From the human T2T-CHM13v2.0 reference genome, Homo sapiens, in the NCBI RefSeq assembly GCF_009914755.1, contig NC_060944.1: a DNA stretch of 64,000 bases; one strand, written 5' to 3'. Both the position numbers and the translations under genes were made by a program. The notes beneath the pieces are model-generated. The model worked only from the letters and a program-made list of their open reading frames with translations, had not been told where the DNA came from and did no database searches. Shown one piece after another: positions 1 to 15,812 of this stretch (position 1 is the first letter of the stretch; every line of letters begins with the position of its first letter).

Positions 1-436
1 CTGATGATGTGCACTCATAAGATGCAGATGATGGCCGGTTTTCATTTCATATTTATGTGGCCAATTGACTCATGGTCAGCTCTCCCAGGAAGCAATAATG
101 TACAGGAGGGCAGGAGAGCTGTGCCTCCTTCTATCTTTATCATTTTATCCCCCAGCACCTTGTATGCCTTCCATCAGGATTTGTCGAAAGAATGCATAAT
201 GTTAAGAAAGCACTGGGGGTATTTACATTTTAGTTTTCATGACTCTGTGCTCTGTTCACTAGCAGAGAGCATGGCACATAGCAGATGCTGCAAAAAAAAA
301 AAAAAAAAAAAAAGATCCTGAGTGCCTCTGTGAGCAGCTGAGCAAACGACTGAATTAATAATTGACAAATAAGCTTACCTTCCAAGATTTCTCTGCAGAG
401 AGAGTGAGTTAGATTGGGTTGTCACAATGCCACTGA

Positions 437-910
<474 letters not shown>

Positions 911-1515
911 TAGTTATGCTTTTTAATAGACAATAAAATAAATAATAAGTATTGAAGATTTAAAAGATGTTCACAGAGTACCTAAAATTATCTTGCTTAT
1001 CAAAAGTGGCTATTTAAACAAGTACATTTTAAAAAAAAGTTTTATTCTTCTACCTATACTACCTACCTTCCCTCTCCCCTACTTTTCATACCCCTTAGAA
1101 AAAGGAAATAGGATTGGGAAAAGTTAATGACTTGGGGGCCTGGGGTGTGCCATATGATGAAGTTACAGAGCCTTTAATTTCTTCTTGTTTTGCTGATGAT
1201 TATGGGTTGTAATTCCTCTGGCCAATTCACCTACATTGATGAATTTCAGGCTTTTTTTTTTTTTTTTCTGGCAAATCTGGAGGTTAAGGTTGGAAATCAT
1301 ACAGACCCTTAAGGAGGAATTTAACAAATTGGTTTGAGAATAATGGTCATTTTCTTCAAATGTAGTCTTCGAGAGCCCCCTGCTGGTTGATTTGGGAATT
1401 ATCATTTTACTACAGTTTTTGGTGGGGAAAGGGAGGTGGCTGGTTTTGACACGTGCCACACAAGACATACATAATCTACCTTCACTGCTTCTCCCACGTC
1501 GTTTTAAAATTTTCA

Positions 1516-1890
<375 letters not shown>

Positions 1891-2539
1891 ACTATGGAAG
1901 AAACTTACAGAAGCAATCAACAAGTTTATGTTGAATACTATTCACTGGATTCTTTTAGGAATGCATTGGATAAAATAACAGCAGTTACATCAGTAGCATT
2001 TCCCAAATTATGTTCCTTGGAAAGCTAACTCTGGTAGACAGCACCTTTCCCCTAAGAAAAGTACTGTGGTCAAACGCGTCTGGGGGAAATGCTACATGTT
2101 AAGTTCTCATGGAGAGTCAGAAAACAAATCAATAATTTCAGGGCTCTGAGATGCCCTGCAATGAAAAACCTGATTAAACTTGTTTAAACCAAAGCTCTGC
2201 ACATCTATTTGGACATGAAACTTCTTTTCCTTCTTGTTATATGAATAAGCATTCACGTGCCACCAGTGCAGTGCTGAAATCTCAGATTTCATCATTACGA
2301 GGGAGACAAGCCATATTCAATGGGGTCTTTCTAAAAGCTACTCTTTCTGAGGACCTACTGTGTACCAGCTTTCCGCTGGGACCTAACATACATGATCTCA
2401 TTTAGATCCCAAAACAGCTGCCCGAAAGGGTATTTTATTCTCATTTGCTGTTAGGAAACTGAGAATTTGAAGGGTTATTAATGGGTCCAAGACTACCTAT
2501 CTAGTAAGTAACAAAGATTTTAAGGTTTTTCTCTCTCAT

Positions 2540-3130
2540 TCTTCCATCCATCCGTTCTTTGTTTACTCAGTAAACGTTTATTGAGCATCTAGTTTAGGCC
2601 AAGCGCTGTGCTAGATGACAGACATACCTGGGACTCCTAGGCAGGGATATTCCTTCCCTCTCGGAGCTTATAATCTAATGGAGAGTCACAATCCATAATC
2701 AAGCAGACATAGTTAATTTCAGATTTGGTATATGGAACGGTGGAAAAGAAAGTTTTTATGATAAAGAAAGTGAGGCAGAGCTGTTGGTTTTGAGAAGATG
2801 CTGACAAAGGGACTTCTTGAGATGGGGTAGTCAGTGGAAGCCCCTGCAACACCCCAAGACCTTAAGTCTAAAAGAGGCAGCCATACCGAGAGCCAGGGGA
2901 AGGCATTCTCCATAGAGAGGTCGGCAAACGCAAAGGCCCTGAGTCAGAAATGAGCTGCGGGCATTCAAAGATCAGGAAGGAGCCAGTGTGGCTGGTGCCT
3001 AAGGGACATAAAGAGACAGCCGGGGTGGTGAATACAGGTAATCAAGACTTGCTTATTCTAAGTGTGAGGGGAAGCATTAGAGGGTCCTCAGCATGGCAGT
3101 GTCAGATTTAATCGATATTTTCATTCAAGG
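2540..3130 (-). mobile_element. L2 3' fragment
   Basis: Degenerate tcattc...tttattgagcatct...aggccaagcgctgtgctaga signature of the reverse-complement L2 3' end. Confidence 0.7.
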
Positions 3131-3599
3131 GATTGCAAGAGAACAGGAGAGGAAGTGGGAGACTAGCCCCAAGGCCGTTGCACATGAGCACCGGAGTGTC
3201 TGGCCTCAGTACAATGTTCCTCTAACTCTCTCACCTCCTTCTCAAAGTTATCATCTCAGCAATCTTTACCCTTAGGCCAAGGTGCTTCATTGCTCCAGTG
3301 TTTTCCGAACTCTTCTGTGGGAATTGCCTTGGAAGATAGCATCACTGTTTCAAAACAAAAACAAGAAAAACTAGGCACCTATATCATAGATCGGACCTAA
3401 GATAATTTGAGGAAATCAAAGAGTGGCACTAAACAGTTGTGTCACTGAACCAGGCATCTTCCATGTAGCCTTATGGGGTTCTCCTGACAACCATGGGAGT
3501 TGGTGAGAGTGGGACTATGGTCTCCATTTCAATGACTGAAGAAACAGAGACCTTTGGAGGTTAAGGTCTTACTCCAGGCCACATGGCTGGTGGATGTAG

Positions 3600-3884
<285 letters not shown>

Positions 3885-3981
3885 TTACTCACCAAGGCTG
3901 CGGAAGTTTGTTCCAAAGGCTTTGCGGTGAGTCCTGAGATCTTCACCTAGCCGTGTACATTTCTTTGCTTGCGGTAACCGT

Positions 3982-4000
3982 TGGCCAGCAGGTGGCAGTA
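3982..4000 (+). promoter_or_regulatory. CTCF motif
   Basis: TGGCCAGCAGGTGGCAGTA fits the CTCF core CCASYAGRKGGCRS; locally retained CpGs. Confidence 0.75.
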
Positions 4001-4039
4001 GAACCTCTAGTTTTTGTTAAATCAGGGACGCATTATCTA

Positions 4040-4252
4040 CAGGGATTGGCAAACAATGGCTTGTGAGCCAGATCCAGCCTGCTGACTATTTTCATTAATA
4101 AAGCATTATTAGGACGACATTCATTACATATTAACTGTGGCTGCTTTTGTGCTACAGGCAGCAGGGCTCAGTAGTCGCAATGAGACCATATGGTCTGCAA
4201 AACCTAAAATATTTAGTGTCTGGCTCTTTCTAGAAAATGCTTGACAACCCTT
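4040..4252. mobile_element. MER58A (hAT-Charlie)
   Basis: cagggattggcaaac...ctaaaatattta...tggctctttctagaaaatgcttgacaaccc resembles the MER58 consensus. Confidence 0.8.
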
Positions 4253-4430
4253 ATATTATTAATATGTCACAAAGGGGGCTAATAGGGATCTTGTGTGTTG
4301 CCTTCTTGACTTTTTAAACTCTGTTTGGTCTGAAATCTAAACCTGAAATAATAAAGGCTAAATGAATTTTAGGAAGTTCTCCTTAACATTTACAAGATTA
4401 CCAAAGTATAAGCATAAGACTGCCTTATTG

Positions 4431-4700
4431 CTGCTCAGGTTTCCAGAATATTCTAGCTAAAAGTTTCCATAGTTCTGTTTCTATCTCATTTCTCCTGAAT
4501 ACCCTGGATATGGGGACTGATGCAGATGAAAAATTAAGGAAGAAAATAATTGCTAATGGACTGACCATGGCTCAGCCCAAAGGCCACATGCAAATGATAT
4601 GTAAATCATGCAATCTCTGTGACTCATTTACATATCATCCTGAGAGGCCTTTGGAAAAAATTCTGCCTTAAGTACATTTACTTATTTCTGTTATAGAGAA
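4431..4700 (+). mobile_element. MER121-like ancient conserved repeat
   Basis: Colinear similarity to the recalled MER121 consensus: ctgctcaggtttcc...tttccata...tgaaaaatt...aattgcta...aaggccacatgcaaatgatatgtaaat...tctctgtgactcatttacat...ttctgcct...tttctgttat. Confidence 0.75.
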
Positions 4701-4773
4701 AGTTGTTGCCACCTAATTTGATTGTGGGCTTTCTTGAAATGTAACTGTTGATTTTAAATTCTTTTTGGAAAAG

Positions 4774-4838
4774 ATGTTTCCAGCCCTCTGAAGCTTCATC
4801 GAACAGAGACTTTTCCAGCCTACAGATCTGAGCACTGA
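4774..4838 (+). CDS. DOK5: DOK5 (docking protein 5) terminal coding exon, phase-1 start, encoding (D)[20 protein letters not shown]
   Basis: After the AG at 4772-4773: AT GTT TCC AGC CCT CTG AAG CTT CAT CGA ACA GAG ACT TTT CCA GCC TAC AGA TCT GAG CAC TGA. This matches the recalled human DOK5 C-terminus (...[25 protein letters not shown]). Too short for the ORF track. Confidence 0.95.
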
Positions 4839-5245
4839 CAGTAACTGCCAAGAATTGTTAACACACTTGTGATGTGTCAGCCACAGATTCACCCAGGAGG
4901 TCACAGAATGACAGCAAGGGAAATGACGACCAAGAGAAGAAGCTTAAAGTCCTGGCTAATTGTGTGGTCATTGGAAAACTCTGCAATACAATAATTTTCT
5001 TTATTTTCTTTTTCTTTTTTAAATTCTTAGTGTAATTGAAACGTGCTCTATAGATATTGACTCTGTGTTCCCTCTTTTACAGCTGGACAGAAAGAAGTCA
5101 ATGTCACGAAATGATTTTCTATTGTAGATACTTTGTCCCTTGCACTTCTCTGAATCTGTCCTTTTGTGGATTCTTGTGATTTTCCTTCCAAGTGTTTCAG
5201 TTGTATGACAGTCAGTATTGACAATAAAATGGCTTTTAATTATTT
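4839..5245 (+). other. DOK5: DOK5 3' UTR (3' end approximate)
   Basis: Repeat-free, U-rich sequence between the stop codon and AATAAA; TGTA at 5202 upstream and a U/GU-rich tract (tatttgttatttgttt) downstream of the signal. Confidence 0.85.
5223..5228 (+). terminator. DOK5: DOK5 polyadenylation signal AATAAA
   Basis: Canonical hexamer with upstream TGTA and downstream U/GU-rich element. Confidence 0.85.
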
Positions 5246-5505
5246 GTTATTTGTTTACACCCTATTCCTCAGTTATTATTACTGTGGTTCTGATTAACTA
5301 CTGGAAATTATATTTGATTATATCACCAATTAGTTAAATCAGTGCTTCGACTCACTCTTATCTGTTCTGTTCAAAACTATTTGTTCAAAGAACCCGTTAG
5401 TGTTGTTTACAGGGTTACAGTTTCTCTCACATGCTTTCCTCACCCCCTTACCCCGCTTTTTGAAAGCCTTTATTTTGTTCGGAGTCTCTTCATAAAACAT
5501 TTGAA

Positions 5506-5511
5506 AATAAA
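5506..5511 (+). terminator. Possible distal poly(A) signal
   Basis: AATAAA followed by U-rich (tgttcttt, tgttttttc) and GU-rich sequence; use not demonstrable from sequence. Confidence 0.35.
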
Positions 5512-5966
5512 AGATCATTCTTCACCCATATGTTCTTTGGATTCTGGCAACATGTTTTTCTCTATCCTAGGTATTTCTGAAGGGTGTGTGGACATTTTGC
5601 ATGTGAGCTGTGAGTGTATTGTGTGTTGTGTCTAATATGAATCCAACCATTCACGCATTTGCTCACTCATTCATTAATGTGGTCTGTATTGAGCATCTAT
5701 GAGTTTCCGGCACTGTACTGGAGTTCAGGGATGTAGAAATCAAAAGACAGTCTTTGTTGCCAAAGACCTTAATTCCAGAAGAGTGCCACAAGAAAATCAA
5801 GTTGGAAATATCATACAGTGACATCTGCCAAATGGGCCCCCAGTGGCCATGAACTTCTAAAGAGAAGGTCAGTGCTGGATGTGAGTTGAATTTTGTGAGC
5901 ACCTAAAGTTAGAGTTCCTCTAAAGCTGCAGAGCAAGCAGGGATGGCGCCTGCCTGGTTCACTACT

Positions 5967-6032
5967 CTTTGCCAGATAAAATACAGGATACCCAATTAAA
6001 TTTGAACTTCAGATAAGCAATGCATAGTTTTA
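5967..6032. mobile_element. MER53-like hAT terminus
   Basis: ttgccagataaaatacaggatacccaattaaatttgaacttcagataa. Confidence 0.65.
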
Positions 6033-6629
6033 TAGATCTGAGTTAGCTGGGATTTCCTAGCACACTGCTGCTCAGGATATGTTTTTTAAGCGGTTGAGAA
6101 ATACTGGGGAAAGGATTGAATTTAACTAACAATTAATTAGTAGATTAGGGTATATAAATTGTTTAGTGCTAATGGCTTCCCCGAAATGCATCTGTGTTCT
6201 CTCTGGGTTCTCTGTAGCTACTTTTCACACAATTTTAGCTGATCCTACTTCTCTCAGGGGTCTTCATTTTTGTCTTTTAAAAATTTGGTTTGCCAGGCAC
6301 ATTTGATAATTACTTCACTGTTCATTTTCCTGACTTTATCTGGTTCTTATTTATTTTCTTTCTCTAAGACTGTCTCATCAGAGATTCTCCATGATTCCCA
6401 GGGCCTTGGCAGCCAATGGGAGAATTACGTTGAAGAAGTAGATAAAGGAAATGGAATTAAAGAAATAATTATAATTTTAATGAAGTTAAAATTACTGAAG
6501 CAAGCCTCAAGCTAATGAGTGTGAAAAGAAATGTTGCTGAATGTAGGTAACTAGAAGTGAGAACCTCTTTGAGGATTTTTAAGAAAAGAAACGTATTGAC
6601 AGAAAAGAGCATTCGATTCGGTTATGCTA

Positions 6630-6850
6630 TCAGCTTTTATTTATGGCCGGGCACAACGCTAAGTGCTTTTGTGGTATTATCTCAATCGCCCCAATAGCTC
6701 CATGAGGTAAGTATAATTATCTTCATTTTACAGACGGGGAAACCGAGCTCAAGGAATCTAAATGATGTAATTAATATGCCCAAGATCTTTTACCTATTAA
6801 ATGATAGATTCATGTTTGAACTCAGGTAATCTGATTCCTAAATCTGCTTT
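6630..6850 (-). mobile_element. MIR
   Basis: Core cattttacagacggggaaaccgagctcaagg. Confidence 0.8.
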
Positions 6851-6873
6851 GTAAATCCCTAAGGCTGGCTTCC

Positions 6874-7402
<529 letters not shown>

Positions 7403-9235
7403 TAAAAACCTCAAATGCTATCTTATATTAATTTCACAGTTTCAGGTAGAAAACATAAGAAATTTAAATACTTTACTATCTGGCCTTAAATAAGGGGAGT
7501 GATAATTTGAAGTGATTTCGATTTTTTTCTAAATCCCTACCTCAAGTAGTGAACATAGTGTGAGAAAGTTTTTCAAAGCTGTGGTGGATTTTTACCTAAT
7601 GCACACTAAATTCTAAAGCATTCGTGGTAACTTGCAAATAAACTGGGGTCTGGAGGCTAAACTATGATGTTTCTGTTTTAATTACATATTAGAAAAAGCA
7701 ACTTTTTTCTTTTGGTGGGAGGTGAGGATGGGGGAGCAGGGAAGTAAATCTCATATTCCTCTTTGCATCCTCAACTCTGTTAAAAATATCTTTTTTTTTA
7801 CCCAGTTTAAGGCAGGATATTGCAGTAGTGATTAAAATGCTCTCAAGGAAGACTGCTTGAGTTTCTGAAATTTATTCATTCATTTTCCAAGTACTTATTT
7901 AACAGTATATATGGGTATGCCAGGATGTATACAGGAAAAGTGTGTTTGCCTTCACCATGCCTGATCCACAGACTCAATTTGTAAGCCAATTGCTCAGGAA
8001 ACAGAAAAACTAACAAGAACATACATTTGTATGAGAAGACATTTTATTATTTCTTCTTTGGGCAATCTTGACTTTTGAGAAAGAGAATACTTTATGAGCT
8101 TGAAATACTGTATAAACTATATTAAAGAAAATCTTTCCTTTGGTCCTGGAAAAAAACACATAGATGTTCAGATTTCCATTAAGACAGCAAACTGGAAATT
8201 TCCCTTTGATATTCAGGTTTTAAATTCTGTAGATTAAATACTGGGCAAAGGTAAGTCTGCCCATCTTCTCATGAAAATCAACAGTTGGCTGATTTCACTG
8301 CAAACTCATTGGATCAATCTGTTGTGATTTGATTCAGCCAAGGCAGGACCAAGTGATAATCTTTTGCCTGGATCTGCACTAAATAAAGTACCATCACCCA
8401 CACTCCCCTCTCTAAGCTAGCAGTTCTTAAATGTTGGCAAAGACACTTATTCACTAGATCTAGGGTGGAGTCCATAAATTTACATTTTCGATCAGTGTTT
8501 CTAGGTAACTCCAGTGCAGGTTTTGGTAAATGGCATAAAATCTCATTTTAAGAAAGCTCAAGGAGACAGAAATGCAGGGAGTACCCATCAGGTAAGACTT
8601 GAGGCACCTGGAGGCAATTGACAATGCGCTTTTATCCAAGACACCTGTGAAAAGTCAGGTGGTAGAGCCAAGCCAGTGCCTCCATTCGAGTGGGCTGCCC
8701 AAGACGCTTCCCTTGTCAGGAGATGCAGAATTCTGGCACACAGGTAAAGACGCGATTCCGTACCTGGGATAACACACAGGAAGGGGAGATGTGCTGTAAT
8801 TGCAGCTCCAGAGGTGGGATTCCAGGAGGCATTTTCAACGTGGCTGCAATAGTTTCTTTGTTGCTATAACAACTAATAAGGAGACTTGGTTTGACCTTCT
8901 TTGTTTCTCTGAGATGCCTGAAGTTTGAGGCCTTCCCACACTGTTTTTTTTTAATAGGAAAGAGCCGCCAGCCAGGGGCTGCTTGTGAAAGCAAAGCAGA
9001 GACTGCAAAAAAGGCAGGCAGGGTGAGGAAGTGAAGGAAGCGAGAATCCAGCTGCTCTAGCTCAGGCATCAGCACTGAGCCACCAGCCAACCTGTCTTAC
9101 TTCCTTTCTCCAAGTTCTTTCATTTTTATTATAATAACAAATTTATTATCTTTGGCCTTTGGTGAGGCTGCTTTCTGTCCTCTACAGAAAAGCAGGAGTT
9201 GCTTAGGGGGATTTACAGATATTGCAGATGGGTAA

Positions 9236-9615
9236 TGCTATAACTTGGCTCTGTGTCCCCAGCCAAATCTCTTGTCGAATTGTAATTCCCAGTGTTGAGG
9301 GAGAGGCCTCGTGGGAGGTGATTGAATCATGGAGGTGGACTTCTCGCTTGCTGTTTTCGTGATGGAATTCTCACAAGAGCTGGTTGTTTGAAAGTGTCTA
9401 GGGCTTCCCCCTTCACTCTCTCACTCTCTCTTCTGCCGCCATGTGAAGAAGGTGCTTGCTTCCTCTTCACTTTCCGCCATGACTGTCAGTTTCCTGGGGC
9501 CTCCCAGTCATGCTTCCTGTTAAGCCTGTGGAACTGAGTCAATTAAACCTCTTTTCTTCATAAATTACCCAGTCTCAGGTAGTTCTTTGTAGAAGTGTGA
9601 GAACAGACTAATACA
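9236..9615 (+). mobile_element. MSTA solo LTR (ERVL-MaLR)
   Basis: TG...CA ends, MST consensus motifs, ATTAAA at 9542-9547, TSD ggtaa/gataa. Confidence 0.9.
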
Positions 9616-10129
9616 GATAAGGTTTAGTATTTTTTGTTTGAAAAGCCAAAGTTTACATATATAAAGGTTATATGTAAAACAAAAATGAGTGGTGATTGAG
9701 TTTTATGCCTCTACAAAATAGGTTGTGAATTAACTTCAACATCTGTTGAAATGCATCAACTGGGAAATGTCCACCTCCTTAATACAGGGCTCAAATAAGA
9801 ATAATACCTTGGGATACCACAACATTTACATTTGATACCCCCTATGATCTTAGAGGAAGCTACTATACCTAAAACAATTATGCCTTCCTTTAACCATGAA
9901 CATAGTATCATTTTTGCCTGCATTCTCTATAAATGTACCCATTGTGCAAAGATATCCCACAGTGGGGGTCGATTCCTTGACTTAATGAGTCATGTATTAA
10001 AATTAAATATTTTCCATTTTCAAATGTTCTTGACAAATCGGGAACCCCTGGACCCACTAGTTTAAATAAGTTAATATGGCTAAACATAATGTTTTGCAAT
10101 ATGTAAATGTTTTGAAGGTTATTGGGTAT

Positions 10130-11655
<1,526 letters not shown>

Positions 11656-11850
11656 TTTAAGCTCTGAATTTTATCAGACCATGACTGCTCCTCTCTGTGT
11701 TTCTATGCTACATTTACATTTGCTTGTTTACATAGAAAACCCTAAAAGGCCAAAGACCAGATTTAATTGTTTGTTTTTGTAGTAGACAGTTACCTCTCTA
11801 GGCCTACTTCTGTAGCAAGACAGATGAGGAACAATGGAAGGCCTCTATAA

Positions 11851-12020
11851 CAAAAGTCTTCAAACTCTGGTCTGAGGGCCAAAGCCAGCCTATTCCCTGC
11901 TATTGTAAATAAAGTTTTATTGGCAGACAGCCATGTCCATTTGTTAAAGTATTATTTGTGGCTGCTTTTGTGCTGCACCAATAGACTTGAGTGGTTGCAA
12001 CAGGGACCGTATGCCCTCTG
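11851..12020. mobile_element. MER58A fragment
   Basis: gtaaataaagttttattggcagacagccatg...gtggctgcttttgtgctgca. Confidence 0.75.
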
Positions 12021-12312
12021 CAGGGCAGTTTGGCCAAGCTCTCCTCTATATGATCCCCACCCTCAAACGAACCAATGGATCATCCAGGCTCCAGGCTGCT
12101 GCTCACATGTCTTGCCACATGTACTACTTGTGAAATTAATGTTCTCCCTGTAATGGAACATTTAGCCATTTCCTGAACAGGGCCTGCTCCCTCTCACTGC
12201 AGGAGTCATTGTATCTTCTGTTTCTTTTGCCTACAAAAATCCTCCACTCTTTCAAAAGTGATACTTTCTCAGACTTCAACTTAAGCACCAGGCACCCAGA
12301 AGTCCTCCCTGA

Positions 12313-12647
<335 letters not shown>

Positions 12648-13174
12648 CTACATGTTTTTAAAGTACTCTGAACACTGCACATGTTGCACTCATAACTGTT
12701 TTACATTTTTGTGCAGTGGTTGTGATCTCTGCTGTCTCCATGCCTCTGCAAGCTTTCTGAGGGCAGGTGCTATATCTATTTGGTTTAGCTTTGTAACACC
12801 AGCAGCAAATGAAGCGCCTAATTAATCTAGCAGATGGCTTATAAATATTCATTTCATAAGTAAATAAATGGAAAGTGAGATAGCAATGAATACATTATAA
12901 AATCATGTTGTAAGGCAGAGTAGTTTTTTCCTCAGATAAGTCATATAGGGATAAGTGCTGGGGATGTACGCGCTAGTACCATTCCTGGAACTCCCACCAT
13001 GTGCTGCAATAATGCTTAACACCATCCCTGCAAGGTGTCCCCCCTTTTAGCCCCAACTACTGCGTTTCATGCTGTAGAATCTAAAGCAGTGAGACTTAAA
13101 GCAACTTGGCTCCAGGGCTTAGAAGCTAGGCTGCAAATCCAGGAGTCTGGCTCTAGAGTTCACACGCTTCTGTA

Positions 13175-13755
13175 CTTTTGATTCCTAAGTGGTGTGCCAA
13201 GGTACCCCAGAAGACCACAGTAAACTCACAGAGATGCTGTGGATACATTCATTTTTGCAGGAAATAGCGATTCTCAACATCTCTTGGACCCTTGGGAATT
13301 ACTGGCTTGAGGATGTTCAGTTTTAACATGATATCACACGAAATTCATTTTCATGATACCACATTTTTTGTGAAGCTGGGTCTTTGGCCGTTGTTTTGAT
13401 TAAAAAAGCAAATACTCTGTGAAAATCAATGTGGATCAGGAGATGAGGGGGGTGGTGTCCAATCTGATTCCCAGGTTTGAGGGACCACAATGCTCAACAC
13501 ACACACACAGAGACAACATGAACAAGTAATTATAGTTACTTAGGAATGAAATACAAGTATTTTTTCTTTTGACGTAGGTGTTGTTTTAATGGCTACCAAT
13601 GTATCAGGAAATAAATACTGATTACATTGTTTGGATTTAACAGCTTAATAAATGGAACTGCTAGATATTTCTTTTGGCCTAAGAGTACTAGGAGAAGTAT
13701 CACTGTGACATTAAGGGCACCATGAACAGGGAAAGCAGGAAAGCTCCCGCTCTGC
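13175..13755. mobile_element. hAT-Charlie fossil (MER119-like)
   Basis: aatcaatgtggatcaggagatgagg...gtgtccaatctgattcccaggtttgag resembles a Charlie transposase 3' remnant. Confidence 0.6.
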
Positions 13756-14140
13756 ATTGCCTTCTGCCTGGGGACAGCCCTGAGATGCAGGTTCTGTGGC
13801 TTGAGTGCCTAGCCCTGTATAGGACACACAAGCAGGGCTGGTTTCATGGATGTGCAACCCAGGCAGCTGCACAGGTCCCCATGCTCAGAAGCGTCCCACA
13901 CTTGATTTAATGCTCTGCTGTAACCTTCTTGAAATTCTCAGTGTTTCCTTCTTTGAACTTGTGTTTTATAAGTAAAGTCTGATGGAATAATGGAGCCTGC
14001 CTGTGAGCAGAAGAGATATCTGCAGACTGAGTGAGCGCCTTGCAGCTTTATTTGCATGTAGCATTCACGATGCCCCATGAACACAGAATTCCAGGGGACC
14101 TGAGGTGCGTGGCAGTGAGTCCCAATGCAAATACAAACTA

Positions 14141-14983
14141 TGAAAGGAAAATAAATCTTGGGACATCAAAATCATGAAGCCAAAGGGAAAAATAGTCAGG
14201 CTGGGAACTGCTTAGGGCAAACCTAACTTCCACTCTATTCCTAAAATGATAGCTACTAAGATAAAACAGCTGCATACTTCCCTCCCTAGGAATTTCCTTG
14301 TGGACAAAAGATAGACAGAATTCAAAGTCATCCCTCTGCTCACTGAGATAAACGCATATCTGATGGCCTCCTTTGGAATGGCTAATCAGAAACTCAAAAG
14401 AATGCAACCATTTGTCTCTTACCTACCTATGACCTGGAAGGCCCCTCTCCGTTTCAAGTCCCACCTTTCCAGACTGAATCAGTGTACTTTTTTTTTTTAT
14501 TTTTTATTTTTTATTTTTATTTTTGAGACAGAGTCTTACTCTGTCACTCAGGCTGGAGTGCAGTAGCGCACTGCAACCTCCGCTCCCCGGGTTCAAGCAA
14601 TTCTCTGCCTCAGCCTCCCGAGTAGCTGGGATTACAGACATCCGCCACTACGCCCGGCTAATTTTTTGTATTTTTAGTAGAGACGGGGTTTCACCACGTT
14701 GGCCAGGCTGGTCTTGAACTCCTGACCTCGTGATCCACCTGCCTTGGCCTCCCAAAGTGCCGGGATTACAGGTGTAAGCCACCACACCCGGCCCCAGTGT
14801 ACATCTTTCATGTATTGATTGATGTCTCATGTCTCCCTAAAATATATAAAACCAAGCTATGCCCTGACCACCCTGGGCACCTGTCATCAGGACCTCCTGA
14901 GGCTGTGTCATGGGCGTGTGTGCTAAACTTTGGCCAAATAAACTTCCTAAATTGAGACCTGTCTCAGATACCTGGGGTTCACA
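14141..14983 (+). mobile_element. MER4A-like ERV1 solo LTR containing an AluS (14488-14793, - strand)
   Basis: tgaaaggaaaataaatcttggga...tataaaaccaag...aataaacttcctaaa...ggttcaca; Alu TSD cagtgtac. Confidence 0.88.
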
Positions 14984-15226
14984 AAGGGAAGTATGTCACT
15001 TCTGTCGCTGAGTAAGAGGGGCCACGGCCCCGAAGCAGCTTTTCCTTTGAATCAGAGCTTGCTTCAAATGCAGAAAGAAGGCAATGGCATTCTAAGAAAT
15101 ATAAACATCTGAGGAAGCCTATTTCAACCTTTCTTACGTACATTGCTTCCTCGTACAACACAGAAGGAAAAGCAAATCTGGAGCAACCCGGATTTCCTTC
15201 CTTGTTCATCAGTAAGCCAGTGGTAG

Positions 15227-15812
15227 TGTTACTGGAAAAGGGTCCCAATCCAGACCCAAACAGAGGGTTCTCGGATCTCACACAAGAAGGAATTTGAGGT
15301 GAGTCTATAAAGTGAAAGCAAGTTTATTATGAAAGTAAAGAAATAAAAGAATGGCTCCTCCATAGGCAGAGGAGCCCTAAGGGCTGCTGGTTGCCCATTT
15401 TTATGGTTATTGATTATATGCTAAACAAGGGGTGGATTATTCATGAGTTTTCCAGGAAAGGAGTGGGTGATTTCTGTAACTGAGGATTCTCCCCTTTTTT
15501 AGACCATGCAGGGGAACTTCCTGACATTACCATGGATTTTGTAAACTGTCATGGTGCTGGTGGGAGTGTAGCAGTGAGGACGACCACAGGTCACTCTCAT
15601 CGCCACCTTGGTTTTGATGAGTCTTAGCCCGCTTCTTTATTGCAACCTGTTTTATCAGCAAGGTCTTTATGACCTGTATTTTGCAGACCTCCAATCTCAT
15701 CCTGTGACTTAGAATGCCATAACTATCTGGGAATGCAGCCCAGTAGGTCTCAGCTTTATTCTACCCAGCTCGTATTCAAGATGGAGTTGCTCTGGTTCAA
15801 ATGACTCTGACA
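15227..15812 (-). mobile_element. MER51-like ERV1 solo LTR
   Basis: tgttactggaaaagggtccc...gggttctcggatctc...ggagttgctctggttcaaatgactctgaca; TSD gtag/gtgg. Confidence 0.85.
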
